NCBI GenBank assembly: GCA_029717555.1
Contig: JAMDHS010000003.1
Location: forward strand, 124,001-188,000
From: Peribolospora baueri
Taxonomy: Eukaryota
Direction: 5' to 3'
DNA length: 64,000 bases
Under the pieces are notes generated by a model. It was not told where the DNA came from. It searched no databases and saw nothing but the letters and a program-made list of their open reading frames with translations. The position numbers and the translations under genes were made by a program. Below, piece after piece: positions 1 to 11,148 of this stretch. The first letter of the stretch is position 1; the number at the start of each line of letters is the position of its first letter.

Positions 1-87
1 GCGAACACACGAGATGAGCAAGAACGACCCCGTCAACCCTCCTCTCCCTTCCCATCTCCTCAACCACCCGCCCTTTGTCCCTCCGAA

Positions 88-2688
88 ATGCTCGACCATT
101 TCTCCATATTCACCAGAGGCGGCATAGTCCTCTGGTCCCGCTCCTTCACCCCTTCGGCAGAGGTCAACAACCCCGTCAACGCCCTCGTTCGCCACGCGCT
201 CATAGAGGAGAAAGGGGCAGACGGCAGGCTCGACACGGAGGGATACGCGATTCGGTGGACTTTCGCTAACGAGCTCGAGCTCATCTTTGTTGTGAGTGCT
301 CCTTGGTCTTTCCGCCTCGTCCCAGTTTGGTCCGGGTGCCGCCAGTGCTAGCCCAGCGGGCTGGCCCGACTTGGAACCGTATTGCTGACGTGTTGTCCCC
401 CTCCCCCGTCTCCTCCATATGTCGCACTTTTCGTCCTAATGCAGGCGGTTTATCAACGCATCCTTCAACTGACATACATCCCCGATCTTCTCGCCTCGGT
501 CAAGGAGCTTTTCATAAACCTCTTCCAGCCATTCCTCACCACCCTTCTAGCATCCAGCTCCGGCAAGCTTCTACCCCATTCCTCAGCTGGAGGGGCGAAA
601 GATGGCGTAAGGGTAATGTTCAGTAAGGGCGAGTTTGCCCAGGCGCTCAAGAGCTGGGAGGGTTTGTTTGATGACCTTCTGCGCAAGCTCGAGGTCGCAA
701 GCGCTCAGATAAAGAAGAGGGGAAAGAGGCCTGTCGATGGAGTCAACGTGTCAGCTGGTCAGCCGCCTTATGCCGTCTCGTTGCCTACTCCTGGTGAGTG
801 GGGATCTGCTCTTCTGGGAATGTATGCTCTTGGTGCTTGCGTGAGCTAAAATACGCTCGTGCCGGTTCGTCTGACGACCATATCCGCTCCCCACGTTTCC
901 TTGACTTCTTGCCTTGATGGACCTTGCCTATTGTTACAAAGATCTTCCAGCTGCTCCAACGTCATCTTCCTCCGATGCCGCCGAAATAGCCCGAAACGTC
1001 GAGGCTCTCAAAAGCAGGCTTAAAGCCGGGGGTGGGCCTGGAGGGAGGAGGGGAAAGGGAGGGAAGGGAGCGGCGAGCGACGCGAGTCGTCCGGGAAGTG
1101 GTCATGGAAGCAGGTGAGTTCTGGTCTTTCGGGTCTCACCAGCAGAGGGTTTTACTCAGTCCCTGTTTCTCATGTCTTTGTCTTGAAAGCGGTTTGGATG
1201 GGGGGGGAAAGCGCAAGGCTGTTAAGGAGATGCGCAAGTGGGACGACTCGAAGGTGACGACGGCGGACATGGCCTCGCTTGACTTTAGCACCGGTGCCGG
1301 TTCGAGCAACGTCTCGACGCCTGAGGTGGAGAAGGAGGCGAGGGATCTGGAAGGGTTGGTTGACAAGCGAAGTTATGGTACTCGTTCGGGTAATGGTCTC
1401 TACGAGGTTGCCGACATAGAGGATGGAGGGGACGGTGATGACGACGACGACGACGGCGATACGGCCTCAACTGCACAGGGAGGTTTTCTTTCTCGCCTCA
1501 ACGGCGCTTCTTCTTCCAAGGCGACGCCCGCCAAATCGTCATCGGGAATCGGCGCCTTCTTGTCCCGCATCATGGGCTCCGCCACCACCCTCACAGCCGC
1601 GGACTTGGAACCAGCTTTGGCGGCGATGGAAGAGCACCTCATGCGCAAGAATGTGGCCAAGGACATTGCAGAAAAGATCTGCGACTCGGTGGCGAAGGGT
1701 CTCGTCGGCAGGGAGGTGTCTGGCTACGGGGCCACGAAGCGCGAAGTCCGCGCTGCGCTCGAGAAGAGCATAACGAGGATCCTCACTCCCAGGACGAGCA
1801 CCGATATCCTCCTCGAGATCGACCGCAAGCGCCGCTCCAGCGCGAACAAATCCGCTCTCGGGGCCACCGCTGACCCTTACACGATCGCGTTCGTAGGGGT
1901 CAACGGCGTGGGAAAGTCGACGAACCTGAGCAAGGTGTGCTTCTGGCTCCTCCAGAATGGCCACCGCGTGCTTATCGCCGCCTGCGACACCTTCCGCTCC
2001 GGCGCCGTGGAGCAGCTTCGGGTGCATGTGCGCAATCTCGGACAGCTGGAGCGGGAGATGGGCATGAAGGGCGGGGAAGGGCAGAGGATCGAGCTGTACG
2101 AGAGGGGCTACGGCAAGGACGCGGCTGGGATTTGCAAGGATGCAGTGGCGTACGGCAAGAGCAAGGGCTTTGACGTCGTATTGATAGACACGGCTGGGAG
2201 GATGCAGGACAACGAACCATTGATGAGGGCATTGGCCAAGGTGAGCCGCGGCAGCTAAAGGAGCATTCCAAAGGTTCTTTGACTCATTTCCATTTTTCTC
2301 AACCGAAGCTCGTCTCGGTCAACTCTCCAGACAAGATCATCTTCGTAGGCGAAGCGCTGGTCGGGAACGAAGCAGTAGACCAGCTTAGCAAGTTCGACAA
2401 GGCCTTGCGCGACTTTTCTGGCGTCAGCAAGCCGAGAGGCATCGATGGCATGCTGCTCACAAAGTGGGACACTATCGACGACAAGGTCGGCGCCGCGCTC
2501 AGCATGACCTATACCACGGGGCAGCCCATCTATTTTGTCGGCGTTGGTCAGGTGAGCGGTGTCCTTTGAGCCCGGAAAGGCGCGAGTCAATGCACTTACT
2601 CGGCTCCGGCATTGCCTCCTGCCAGACATATACCGACCTCCGCGCTCTCAAGGTCTCCCACGTCGTCAACGCTCTGCTTAGAGATTGA
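88..2688 (+). CDS. SRP101: Signal recognition particle receptor alpha subunit (SRP GTPase), about 6 exons
   Basis: N-terminal SRX/longin-like region ([20 protein letters not shown]...[24 protein letters not shown]). GTPase motifs [59 protein letters not shown] and GQ|TYTDLR. Approximate introns 292-443, 794-941, 1114-1189, 2241-2308 and 2552-2625. Confidence 0.96.
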
Positions 2689-2970
2689 GCACGCGCGCGC
2701 GCACGAACACAAGGCCCATATTTTATTGTACATGTTGCTTTGGCTATGTTTGTCGAAATGAAGACGCGAATGAAGACGTCGCAGACGTACGGTTCCCGGC
2801 GGGACGGTTTTCGAGAGACGTTCCACGGCTTTCGTTCCTGCCGCGCGTGTACTCGTTGCAAGGGCAAGGCGGTCGGTTGGTACAGTATGGTGAGGGTGGT
2901 TAGACGGGTTTGCGAGCAAAGAGAAACGCTAGGACAACATGGAAGCTTTAGACGGGTGCAACATGCACAT

Positions 2971-3075
2971 GGGACTGTGGTTTAGTGGTATAATGCGTTC
3001 TTAGGGTTGTCAGAAGCACTACGAGTGCGACGGTCAGTTTGGACGAGGTCCTGGGTTCGATTCCCAGCAGTCCCC
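2971..3075 (+). tRNA. tRNA-Pro(AGG) with a 33-nt intron (about 3007-3039)
   Basis: Acceptor stem GGGACTG/CAGTCCC, D-arm with TAGTGGTA (A box) and anticodon stem CGTTC/GGACG. The loop TT-AGG-G is interrupted after position 37. T-arm CTGGG-TTCGATT-CCCAG (B box). T-rich tracts follow as a likely Pol III terminator. Confidence 0.93.
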
Positions 3076-3361
3076 ACCTTTTCTTTCCCTTTTCTCGGAA
3101 ATTCTTGCTAATTTTTTTGCTCAGCATAAGCATAGGTTTCAGCAAGAGGTGCCCCGGCGATATTGCCTACGAATGCAGCAGGTGTGAATCTTACCTGGGA
3201 CTCCTTTTTGTCGCTCCAAGTGGGACGAACCGCCCGTAGGCAGAACGTGACGATCTGCCGCAGTGATTTCTTCTTGCGGTGATCGTGTCTCCTCAGGTCT
3301 GTCCTTCCCGACCGCCTGCTGTTTCCGTCGACGTCGATCCAACAGTCGTCGCTATACCAAG

Positions 3362-4459
3362 ATGTTATCGTCAACGTCCAGAGCTACCGTCTTCGCGCTC
3401 TCATTACGAGCTTCTCCCCTCGCCCAGCCGAGCAGGAACAGCGTCAGGAGGGCATTCGCGGCCGCCGATGGGCTGCAGACTGATGCTGGGGCGTCCCGGC
3501 GCCTCTTGAGGACCTCCGCCCCCGCCTTTGTCGCCCAGCCCTCGCCGCCTTCGCCCAGCGCTCCCGAGTCATCCAAACCCGACGGTCCCAAGGCGTCTCC
3601 CCCGCCGGCTGGGCGGAATTACTCACCCCTGACCGTCTCTGTCGTGCGCGGCATGGCGTTGCTGATGGGCTACAAATCGCGCACTTCGACGGCTATCCGT
3701 GTGACGAGCGATTTGTACGACAGGTGTGCGGAGAGGGCAGAGATGGAGGCACAGTTCTTCTACAAAGGTAAGCTGGCCGAGGGCCTTGACCAATCTCGAC
3801 GGACAGCTGATTTTTTTGCCCCATTTCTTCCAGAATGCGGCCTCCCCGAATCGTACCAGACTTGGTTCCAAATCACCAACCTGCACGTCTGGCTCCTCCT
3901 CGTCCGTTTCCGCTCCATGCCCAAGCCGCTGGCACGAGTGTACACGCAAGAGCTCGTCAACCACTTTTTCCTCGACGCCGAGCACAGGATGAGGCAAAAG
4001 TTTGGTGTTACGACCAGCAGGCTCGTCAAGGGATACATGAATGAAATGTTCGAGCAGCACAGAGGCGCCGTTGTTGCTCTCGACGAGGGGTTGGCCGCCG
4101 GTGACGCCGTGTTGGCCACCGCGCTGTGGAGGAATCTTTGGGGAGCTGGGTGGGGTACCGTCGGCGGAGTGAAGAGCAAGGCCAAGGGCGTGGACAGCGG
4201 CGATGGAGTGGGCGAGGCCGAGGTGACAACCGAGGACTCTCGCGCCGGTGAGGAGGCGGCGGAGGCGGCGTCACTGGGGCCTCAAGTCGACCCGTCCCTT
4301 CCTCCCGAGTTCGCCTTTCCCATCATACTCTCCCGGCTCGTCGAGTTCCTCCGCAAGGAGACGTACCGGCTTCAGGCCCTCAGCGACGACGACGTTAAAA
4401 TGGGGAGGCAGCCGACGCCGGCCGGGGACATGAACCTGGCGAGCTTCGGCAAGGTGTGA
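3362..4459 (+). CDS. CBP3: Mitochondrial ubiquinol-cytochrome c reductase assembly chaperone Cbp3
   Basis: Arg/Ser-rich presequence-like N-terminus. Motifs CGLPESYQTWFQITNLHVWLLLVRFR, LVNHFFLDAEHRM and DEGLAAGDAVLATALWRNL. In-frame 66-nt intron GTAAGC...TTCCAG at 3768-3833. Confidence 0.93.
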   Translation: MLSSTSRATVFALSLRASPLAQPSRNSVRRAFAAADGLQTDAGASRRLLRTSAPAFVAQPSPPSPSAPESSKPDGPKASPPPAGRNYSPLTVSVVRGMALLMGYKSRTSTAIRVTSDLYDRCAERAEMEAQFFYKGKLAEGLDQSRRTADFFAPFLPECGLPESYQTWFQITNLHVWLLLVRFRSMPKPLARVYTQELVNHFFLDAEHRMRQKFGVTTSRLVKGYMNEMFEQHRGAVVALDEGLAAGDAVLATALWRNLWGAGWGTVGGVKSKAKGVDSGDGVGEAEVTTEDSRAGEEAAEAASLGPQVDPSLPPEFAFPIILSRLVEFLRKETYRLQALSDDDVKMGRQPTPAGDMNLASFGKV

Positions 4460-4866
4460 ACGCGGTGGGCCAGCGGCTCGAACTGGAGTGCACGTGTTGA
4501 CTAGGGCCGATAGGAACGAAGGGAACACGATCCTCCAGGTCGCCACGCGACAAAACGGCGGACGCACAGCGAAACGATGGTCAATCATCGCCTAGCGGAA
4601 TCGTACAGGCAGGTGCTTTTAGTGTGAAGGGATCGACACGAGCAGATGCGAAGGGATGATGCGGGTGACAGGAGGGAGAAGAACGGGCAGAACGGAAAGA
4701 GAGGAGTAGACAGAAGAATGGAGGGCGCGAAAGAGAGCGAAAAACATGACTCCTCGGTACTGTCGCCCGCTAAAGCTGCAAACACCTCGTCCCGCGCCTA
4801 TTGAACCTCCCACCACCCCTCACCCGCCCTCAACTACCAGGGGCGGTAAAATTGAAACTCTTCCTC

Positions 4867-6406
4867 TCACGCAGCGAAACCGGCAGTGTCGCCACCGGCG
4901 GCGTTCGGGCAGTCGCGAGCGAGGTGGTCGCCCGACCCGCACGAGTAGCAGGAGCGCGAGGCAGGAAGAGAGCAGTCGCGGCTGATATGACCGCTCTGAA
5001 GTTGCGCGGAAGAGAAAAAAAGAGATCAGCTTCGCCCGCCCTTCCAAAGCGGTGGCGAACGACAACTGGCTTACCTGGCCGCAGTTGTAGCACTTGGGGC
5101 CGGCCGCGCCATTGGCGGAAACGCAGTCGCGGGCGAGGTGGCCGACACCGCCGCAGTTCTGTAGAATCCAGGCGAAGACAAACGTGGAGATGGGAGGTCA
5201 GGGAGCTGCTACGGACGCTCTCTGCAAAGGGCGGGGGTTATGAAGGCAACCCACGTAGCAAGTCTTGCCGCCGCCGCCGCCGCCGCCGCCGAAAGAGCCG
5301 CCGCCGAAGCCGCCACCGTAGCCGCCACCGCCACCGTAGCCGCCGCCGTAACCGCCGGCACTCTCAGGGCAAGCACGGGCAATGTGTCCGGGCTTGCCGC
5401 ACTTGTAGCATTCTCCGCCGCCACCGCCGAAGCCGCCGGCAGGAGCCTGCGGGCACTCACGGGACTGGGAGCCAAAGAGGGAAGCGGGCTTCATCAATAC
5501 GCCGAAGCAAGCGGAGGAGGATACAAATCGAACATACGATGTGACCCTCCTGACCGCATCGGTAGCACGCCTTGGGCTTGGCCTCGTTCGTGCACTGAGC
5601 GGAAATGTGCCCTTCGGAACCACAGTTGTAGCTGCCATGAGCAAGAATAAGCCAAATTAGACTCGATCGATACAAGTTTAGGGATATTTGGATAGCCTCC
5701 TTTAGGTAGGGAGGGCCTTTGGGTTCAAGCCGTCGTCACGGGCAACCCACCAGGTGGGCACGCCGGCCTTGGGGCACTGAGCGGCCTGATGGCCGACTGT
5801 TGGTGCCGTTTTACACGCGAGAACGACAGGCGAACGAGGGCACAGCGTGTGCGCGGGAGACGGCAAGAACGGGTGTCATGTTGGTATATTGAGGTATGAT
5901 GACGCGATGTGTATTGATATGTCCCCCGGTCATCAACGACGACGACGACGACCCCCGATAACGACGGCGACATGTAGGCAGGGAAAGCAATGATTTCGAC
6001 GATATAGACGCCCGTCAGCTCCAACAAACTCTCTCTCGCCCACGACTGCGCCACACTGAAGAACAATAAAGCATGAGGCGAGCGCACGGAAAGATTCGCG
6101 AAGCAAATCCGCCGGCTTAAATGCGTCGCTTCGACCAGTCATCGCGAGCTCACGCTCCGCGAAATGGAGTAAGGAAGAGGACCCGATCGCCGACACAAGG
6201 TCGACTCAAAGGTACGAAGAGGAAGGAGGAAAAGAAACGCCAACGATCAAGCTCAAAAACACTGACAGCCTCCACAGTTGTAGCATCCACGTCCGGCCAC
6301 TGTGAAAGAGAAGGAAAGACGAGCAAACGCTTGATGGTCAGGGCAGGAGCTCATCTGAGGACTCTGAGGACAAGGGTGGTCGTCGGCAGGCGGGGAATCA
6401 CTCACT
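4867..6406 (-). CDS. GIS2: CNBP/Gis2/Byr3-type RNA-binding protein with seven CCHC zinc knuckles and a Gly-rich linker, multi-exon
   Basis: Spliced product reads [40 protein letters not shown]...CYRCGQEGH...[14 protein letters not shown]...GGYGG...[14 protein letters not shown]...[14 protein letters not shown]...[27 protein letters not shown]. The ATG is split by intron 6300-6405. Confidence 0.93.
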
Positions 6407-6736
6407 TCTGATTTATGCTGTTCTGACAAAGGTAAAGAAGGGGGCTGTCTGTGTGAAGGGAAGATTTCAGCATGGAGCGGCTGTGAGAAAGGTACGCCTA
6501 CCCTACGTCTGTCCGGCCAAACAAAGCGAAAGGCACACACCTGCCTGTTTGGAGTGAACAGTCGGTCGAAGTGGTTGAATCGACCGGATGTGTACGAAGA
6601 CGGCGAGGCGAAAGTTTTTCGAGCCTGGGAATTTCGATGCGCCGCAGTCTGATCCTTCTCGTACGGCGGCTGCAGGCGTCTCAGGCGGATCTGGTCGAGC
6701 TTCACCGTGATCTCTACCCGCGCGGCGTCCGTGAAC

Positions 6737-8447
6737 ATGCCTCATAAACTCATCATCGAGTGCGTTGAAAGGGCTTGCCGATGCGAGACGGCCCTCTTGT
6801 TTGATTGTCTCTGAGGCTTACTTGACCATCTGACCTCTGTCGTCTTCTTCGCGCGCATGGACACCCCCCCTCTCTTCTTGCGCTTCGGGCGTCTGATGAT
6901 CCTCTTCTTCTTACTCTCTCGTCCATGTCCCTGACCCAAAGCTGCGATCCTGGTGTTGACGACACTCTTGCCATTCTGTTGGCCTTTGCATCTCCCGAAG
7001 TAGAGCTTGAGGTGATCCAACTCGTCTTTGCGAAATAACCCTCAGGACAGCGAAAGCTTAGACCCTATCGTCGTTTCTACAGGCCATCACTGCCGTCCAC
7101 GGCAACACCGATGTGGACGCCGGTTATGCGAATATTCTCCGCATCGCAAAGGTTCTAAGCGAGCATCTCGAACGCTCTTCTCCTTCAGAGCGAAAGCGTT
7201 TCGTAAACTTCGCGCAAGGCAAGAAGCCAGTGGTGGCCAGGGGCGCGGCTCAGCCGATCGGGGGAGATGCTTTCACAGCTTCCTATTTCGTGAGTCGATC
7301 AGGGTGACGAAGGTGGGCTAAACCTGACGGACAGCACCTTTCCCCTTTGACGCGACGTTCCAGCATGGCAAGGACGGCCTCTCTGGCGTCTCCGCTTTCG
7401 AGCCTTTCTCCCTCCCCGACCATCTTCGTACGTCATCGCCCCACCTCGACATCAGCCCGTTGCCCTCCCACCGAGTGATCTTGTCCATCCTCGCGTCCAA
7501 TCTTCCTGGAACAGTATCTATCGCCGCTATAGGCCCCCTCACGAACCTAGCTTTGGCACAACGCGAGGATCCGGCCATTTTCGCTCGCGTAGGCTCCATT
7601 TCCGTCATGGGCGGCGCACTCGACGTGCCGGGCAACACGACGGCCGTGGCCGAGTTCAACTGGTTCGCTGACCCTTTCGCAGCCAGGCAGCTATGCAACG
7701 TAAAACCGAGGCTGGCCATCGTTCTCGTCCCCCTCGACATCACCACATCTCACAGCGTGCCATTCCATAAACTCGTCGACACCAAATCGCCGTCGCCATC
7801 ACTTCTACGAGCCTTCGTGAGCTCATTCCTCCAATCTCCTCGCCAGTTCATGAAGAAGCACGGAGAGCCGGACGCATTCCAGTGCCACGATCCCTTGGCG
7901 GTCGCGTACGCCATCTTCAACCCTCCTCGCGCGACAATGATGGACGGAGAGGCAACGGTGAAGGATGGGAAGTTGGAGGGAGGTTGGAAGGTCAGGAGAC
8001 GTAAATTTGGCGTAGAAGCGTCTGGAGAGCTGACTAGGGGGATGTGTGTCGTAGAGTGAGCGACCCGGGACGGGATTGGACTGGCAAGGCGTGGTAGGCA
8101 GAAGACCGCCCGGTGGCGAAGCTGTCACTGATCCTCCTTGCTCCCTTCGTCCAATCACCAGCCGCCGATACCCAGTAGACTCCACTTCCGCAAGCCTCTC
8201 CTCCAAAGAAGGTATCAACTGCGCACACAAAGCCGCGCGGCTCTCAGCGGGACACGTACCACCCACCCAGGTCGCCGACGCCAATGCTGGGACTCTGCAT
8301 CTGACGAAAGCCAGCCAGGCCACACTGGAAGCAGAAGACGAGCGGCTGGAGTCATCGGAGGAAGATGCGGGCATGGAGGTGCTGGTAGAAACGCCAGGAG
8401 TCGGGGCGTTCGAGCAGCTTTTCTTGGAGAGTGTGTTTGGGGCGTAG
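6737..8447 (+). CDS. URH1: Inosine/uridine-preferring nucleoside hydrolase (Urh1-like), about 5 exons
   Basis: MPHKLII-D|CDPGVDD (DxDxxxDD motif formed across intron 1), AITAVHGN, HGKDGLSG, IAAIGPLTNLALA, VMGGALDVPGNTTAVAEFNWFADPFAA, VPLDIT, CHDPLAVA and TRGMCVV. Confidence 0.92.
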
Positions 8448-8805
8448 CATTTTCGAGAGGATTTTTCCGTGGAATAGCGAAAGGGACTCTGTACTTGAGA
8501 TATGTATGACACGCCCCGTTCACCACCGATGTATGCTTACGTGCTTCTTAGATACCAGAGATAAATAGGTAGGCCGGTACTTCGGCACATCTCTAGAACT
8601 ACGGAATCCACGCACCACTTTTCGGCCATCGGACAGGGACACAAGAAGAAATATCCAGATCGAATGAAGCGAGCAAGATACCTTTCATGGCCGCTAAACG
8701 AGCCAAAATTGGATGCCATGTATCCGGGGCTCTTACTACGCAACACTTTTCAACACGTTACGGATCGCTATCGGCGAAACTGCTAACCACACAGTCACGC
8801 CGAAA

Positions 8806-10702
8806 TCACAACTTGGCGCCCTCTTTGCGAACAAAGGTGGCGGCAATGTTCCTGCGCTGGATCTTGCCGGTGGCCGTCTTGGGGATCGCGTCTGTAATGA
8901 TGACGCGCTCGGGGATCTTGAACTGGATACGAGGGATGGCGAGGGCAGGAGAGCAAGTAAGACAGGTGGTTACAGGAACCTGGAAAGATTACTACCCACC
9001 TTGCTGATCTTTCCCTGCAATTCGTTCTTGATATCCTCTTCCTTGAGAGTTCCCTGCGCCTCCTTCTTGGGTACGACGACGGCCCACACCTTCTCGCCAT
9101 AAGTCTTGTCGGGCACGCCAAATGCCACCGCCTCCCCCACACCCTTCACGCTCAACAATGCGCTGTCCAGCTCGAGCGGGCTGATCTTCTCGCCGCCGCG
9201 GTTGATCAGCTCCTTGATTCGGCCCGTGAGGATCAGATATCCGTCCTTGTCGAGTTTGCCCTGATCACCTGTGCGGAAGAAACCATAGTTCTTCTCCACC
9301 TTGCTGTTCTTGGGACTCACGAACGAGCTCTCGTTCGCCGACGGATTGTTCAGGTAGCCAGGAGTGACGTTTGCCCCGCGAACGCAAACTTCTGCCTCTT
9401 CCGCGTCCTCTCCCTTTTCGTTGAGGATGCGCACCTCGACGCCTTGGCCGAGTCCAACCGTGCCGGGCTTACGAGCGGCGGGGGGAAGAGGGTTGGACGT
9501 CATCTGGTGAGCCGCCTCGGTCATAGCGTACGCTTCCAGGACAGGAGCTTTGAAGGCCTTCTCCAGGGCGTGGAAGGTCGTGGGAGAGAGGGAGGAGGAG
9601 CAGGATCGAATGAAGCGGAGCTTAGGGATGGGATTCGGGTGAGGCGTATTCAAGAGCATCTGGTGAATGGTGGGGACTGCGGGAATGAAAGCAAGAGGGA
9701 TGAGAGCACTGACTACCATGTTCTCAGATAGGGTTCGTGCGCCGCTCACCAGCCGTATACCAGTTCGCGCCGTGGTCCACAACGTCCTTCCAGAATCTGC
9801 TCGCACTGAACCTCGGGGGGATGACAGCAGAACCGCCACTCAACAGAGTTGCGAGCAAACCGCAGAGGAGACCGTGTACGTGGAACAAGGGCATGACGAG
9901 ATAGGTGCGGTCCTTCGGCGTAAGCTTGTAGGTGTTGACGATGTTGCGCATCGTCGTCGTCAGGTTTTTGTGCGTCAAAGGCACGCCTGCATGAAGCGGG
10001 GAATGTTCAACTCGCTGGGAGAAAGAGAGCGTGTGCAACTACAGTCCTGCTCACCCTTCGGGCGGCCAGTCGTCCCGCTGGTGTGCAGGAGCAGCGCGAC
10101 ATCGCTCTGCTCGGGGCTGCGCACTTTCTTGCCGGCGGAGGCAGCAATGCCGCCGCCCCTCCTCAGCTCGATTTTACCCTTGTCGGCATGCCAGATCACC
10201 TCGGCAATGGGAACTCCGAGTTCCTTGGCGGCCTTGACCGCGGCCGAAGCGGATTTTCCGGACAGACCTCCGGCGGGAACGAGGAGAAGCTTAGATGACG
10301 TGTCTTTGAGGTAGAACGACACTTCAGAGGCAGAGTATGCAGGGTTCAAAGGTGCGGCGATGTTCCTGGTTAGAAGAAGGACATCAAGTCCTGTGAGCCA
10401 AAGTAGAATACCAACGACCGAAGCCAGTCGTCGACGCACCTGTCCGCCCCGGTGGCGAGGAAAGCGATGACGAACTCGATGCCATTGATCAGACTGCTGG
10501 ACACGACGTCGCCGGTGTTGAGGCCGTACGAGGAGGCGAGCTGCACTTGGAAGGACTGAACGAGCTCGTGGAGGTGGGAATAAGTGATCGTGACCGCCTT
10601 CTGTCCTTGCTCGACTGAAGGGAGGATGATTGCCGGCGCCTTGGGGTCGAAGCCTTTGCGTCGGCAGAAGACTTCGGTGAGAGTGTACGGGGGGGTGGCC
10701 AT
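8806..10702 (-). CDS. PCS60: Peroxisomal acyl-CoA synthetase (Pcs60/oxalate-CoA ligase-like), multi-exon, C-terminal PTS1 AKL
   Basis: AAPLNPAY, LLLHTSGTTGRPK, LVMPLFHVHGL, LEAYAMTEAAHQMTSNPLPP, FFRTGDQG, GRIKELINRGGEKISPLELD and IPKTATGKIQRR. Ends in EGAKL*. Confidence 0.93.
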
Positions 10703-11148
10703 GATGATGCTGGGAGAGCACGGGCAAGACGACAGGAAAAACAACGGCGGCAGGTAGAGCAAGGAACGAGCAATAGAAGTACGAGCACGGCAATCTCTAT
10801 GGGAGACAGACGAAGAGATAATAATGCGGAGAGAGAAGAGGAGCTGTCGGCGGAGGTTGTCCCAATAGATCGCCGAGCCGAGCCGAGCCCCAACTTTGCT
10901 GATCATCATTACAATCTGTCCCGCGATCCGTTTATCGGACGCCGAATGCTGTCATGGTCACGAGCCAGTCCAGATTCGACCATTCCTCCAGACCACCCCC
11001 ACCCACACCATCCTTCTCGTCTAACATGCAGGGCAGCCAGCCAGTCTGGCACTGAGCTCCCACCCATGCGCACAACGTCAAGCCTTCGACAACCGAGCGA
11101 CGACCGAGCTCCGACCTACAGAGACGATCACGACCGCGACCCACGGCG

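Noticed and set aside
4801..5650. Arg-rich and Ala-rich plus-strand ORFs
   Set aside because: They are antisense shadows of the Gly-rich, GC-biased GIS2 exons.
6015..6145. Degenerate C/D box pair (GCGATGA...CTGA) in the GIS2 long intron as a defined snoRNA
   Set aside because: The C box is non-canonical and I recognised no rRNA-complementary guide or terminal stem. It is kept only as a possibility within the intron finding.
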